A stretch of DNA of 63,927 nucleotides, filler included, from Octopus bimaculoides (lineage: Eukaryota): assembly GCF_001194135.2 (NCBI RefSeq). It is 11 parts of 10 records of this genome, joined end to end, with 100 filler letters (N's around TTAATTAATTAA, not from the genome) between each part and the next. Parts side by side here need not be neighbours in the genome. Positions count along the whole stretch, not along the records: positions 62,854 to 63,927 come from NW_026342858.1; 10 more parts are not named here. One strand, written 5' to 3'. A program made the translations under genes and the position numbers. Each line of letters begins with the position of its first letter. The first letter of the stretch is position 1. Shown piece by piece: positions 62,854-63,927 of this stretch. A model generated the notes under the pieces. The model was not told the origin of the DNA, ran no database searches, and was given only the letters and a program-made list of their open reading frames with translations.

Positions 62854-63189
62854 CCCCATGATTTCGGGTTCAGTTCCACTGCGTGGCACCTTGGGCAAAT
62901 GTCTTCCACGATAGCCTCGAGCTGACCAAAGCCTTGTGAATGGATATTCGGTAGACCGAAACTGAAAGAAGTTCGTCGGATGTGGGGGGGGGGGGCGTCA
63001 CCAGCGCTTGACTACCGGAATTGGTTAGTTTACGTCACTAGCGGTTTGGCAAAAAAGAACGATAAAATAGGTACTAGGCTTCCAAAAAAAATGCACTAGG
63101 GTCGATTCATTCGACTAAGAATTCTTCAAGGCGGTGCCCCAGCTGGGCCGCAGTCTAATGACTGAAATAAGTAAATGATAAAAGATACA
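62854..63189 (+). mobile_element. SINE family A, near full length (5' end in gap)
   Basis: GGGTTCAGTTCCACTGCGTGGCACCTTGGGCAAATGTCTTC through GGCCGCAGTCTAATGACTGAAATAAGTAAATGATAAAAGA. Confidence 0.85.
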
Positions 63190-63194
63190 CGATG

Positions 63195-63927
63195 AGGTCC
63201 CTTTGCATAACAGACGAGAGTGGCCTCGCTATCATGGTTAGTGACTTTAATAGACATATTGATGACCATTCCAGTCTATATGAAGGCTAAGGGCATGGAA
63301 TATAGAATGTAGCGAGATCCATGTCCTTAGAGGTCTGTAATATAAATTATTTAATCCTTTGCAGACCTGTCTTCAGGAAGCCAACCGGGCACTTGATTCC
63401 CTATCACTCAGGGTATATGCAAACCAGATAGACTTCTTACTCACCAGGAAATGAAATATGCAGATACTTTTGAGTACTAAATCTTTTTTTCAGTGAAGAA
63501 TGTACCATTTAACTTAAACGAGTGATTTGTAACGTTGGAAGAAGAGTCAGATAGACTCGGAAACGCAAGAAAATCTGGAGATGGAAAATACGAAAGATGC
63601 CAGATACTTCGGTCAAACATAGGTTCAAAGAAGCTTTAGATGGCGTATCTGTCGAAACCTGTAATATGAAAGATAACGGTGAGTTCTTACGAGACGACCT
63701 GCTCCGAGACACACACTAGCTCTGACGAGAGAGCGATATAAGGCAAGGTCGATACAGTCACAAAAGCTAACAGACAGGTATCTAGAAGAGAAGTGTGATG
63801 TCAGGTATGTTTAGTGAGAAACGAAGTGGAAAATAAAAGAATTGTTGATGTTTTGTGTCACGAAGCTCAGAAATGTAATGTGTACAAGATGGCTAAACAG
63901 TGAGTCAGTAATGTTCGCGATAGATGT
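63195..63927 (+). pseudogene. RTE-clade LINE relic (endonuclease C-terminal half and linker), continuing past the window end
   Basis: Degenerate translation IMVSDFNRHI, VFRKPTGHLIPYHSG, IDFLLTRK, SEEC, KIWRWKIR and VYKMAKQ follows the RTE ORF motif order; many stops and frameshifts. Confidence 0.8.

Noticed and set aside
1-63927. CRISPR arrays, rRNA genes, prokaryotic operons
   Set aside because: No repeat-spacer structure or rRNA-like sequence; the window is eukaryotic.

Overview
AT-rich, gap-riddled animal genomic DNA, dense in microsatellites and SINEs. The repeat families and the compact tandem C2H2 arrays suggest a coleoid cephalopod, most likely Octopus; this is an inference from sequence style, not a database match. 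The only convincing protein-coding genes are four tandem-C2H2 zinc-finger genes with uninterrupted ORFs and no recognisable effector domain, clustered at 20.7-40.1 kb. ZNF-A (minus, at least 21 fingers, 3' end lost in a scaffold join) faces ZNF-B (plus, 14 fingers) head-to-head. ZNF-C (plus, 13 fingers) is a close paralogue of B, and ZNF-D (minus, 14 fingers) belongs to a different CDIC-type subfamily. A, B and C share a putative spliced 5'UTR with a conserved upstream ATG and a conserved intronic block. A and C also share an upstream antisense LTR-like block with an NRF1-type motif. B and C share a terminal frameshift that leaves fossil fingers in their 3'UTRs. The rest of the window is transposon debris (several tRNA-type SINE families, Tc1/mariner and pogo MITEs and deletion derivatives, Helitron/Helentron-like elements, CR1/L2-like and RTE LINE relics) plus simple repeats. 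The most unexpected signals are minimal hammerhead-ribozyme folds: one with a fully canonical core (49375-49421) and two copies of a variant-core family with compensatory stem II changes (18518-18553, 59206-59241). Ten N44-TTAATTAATTAA-N44 spacers are assembly linkers, and most of the supplied ORF track is microsatellite or gap noise. Coordinates of degraded repeats are approximate.
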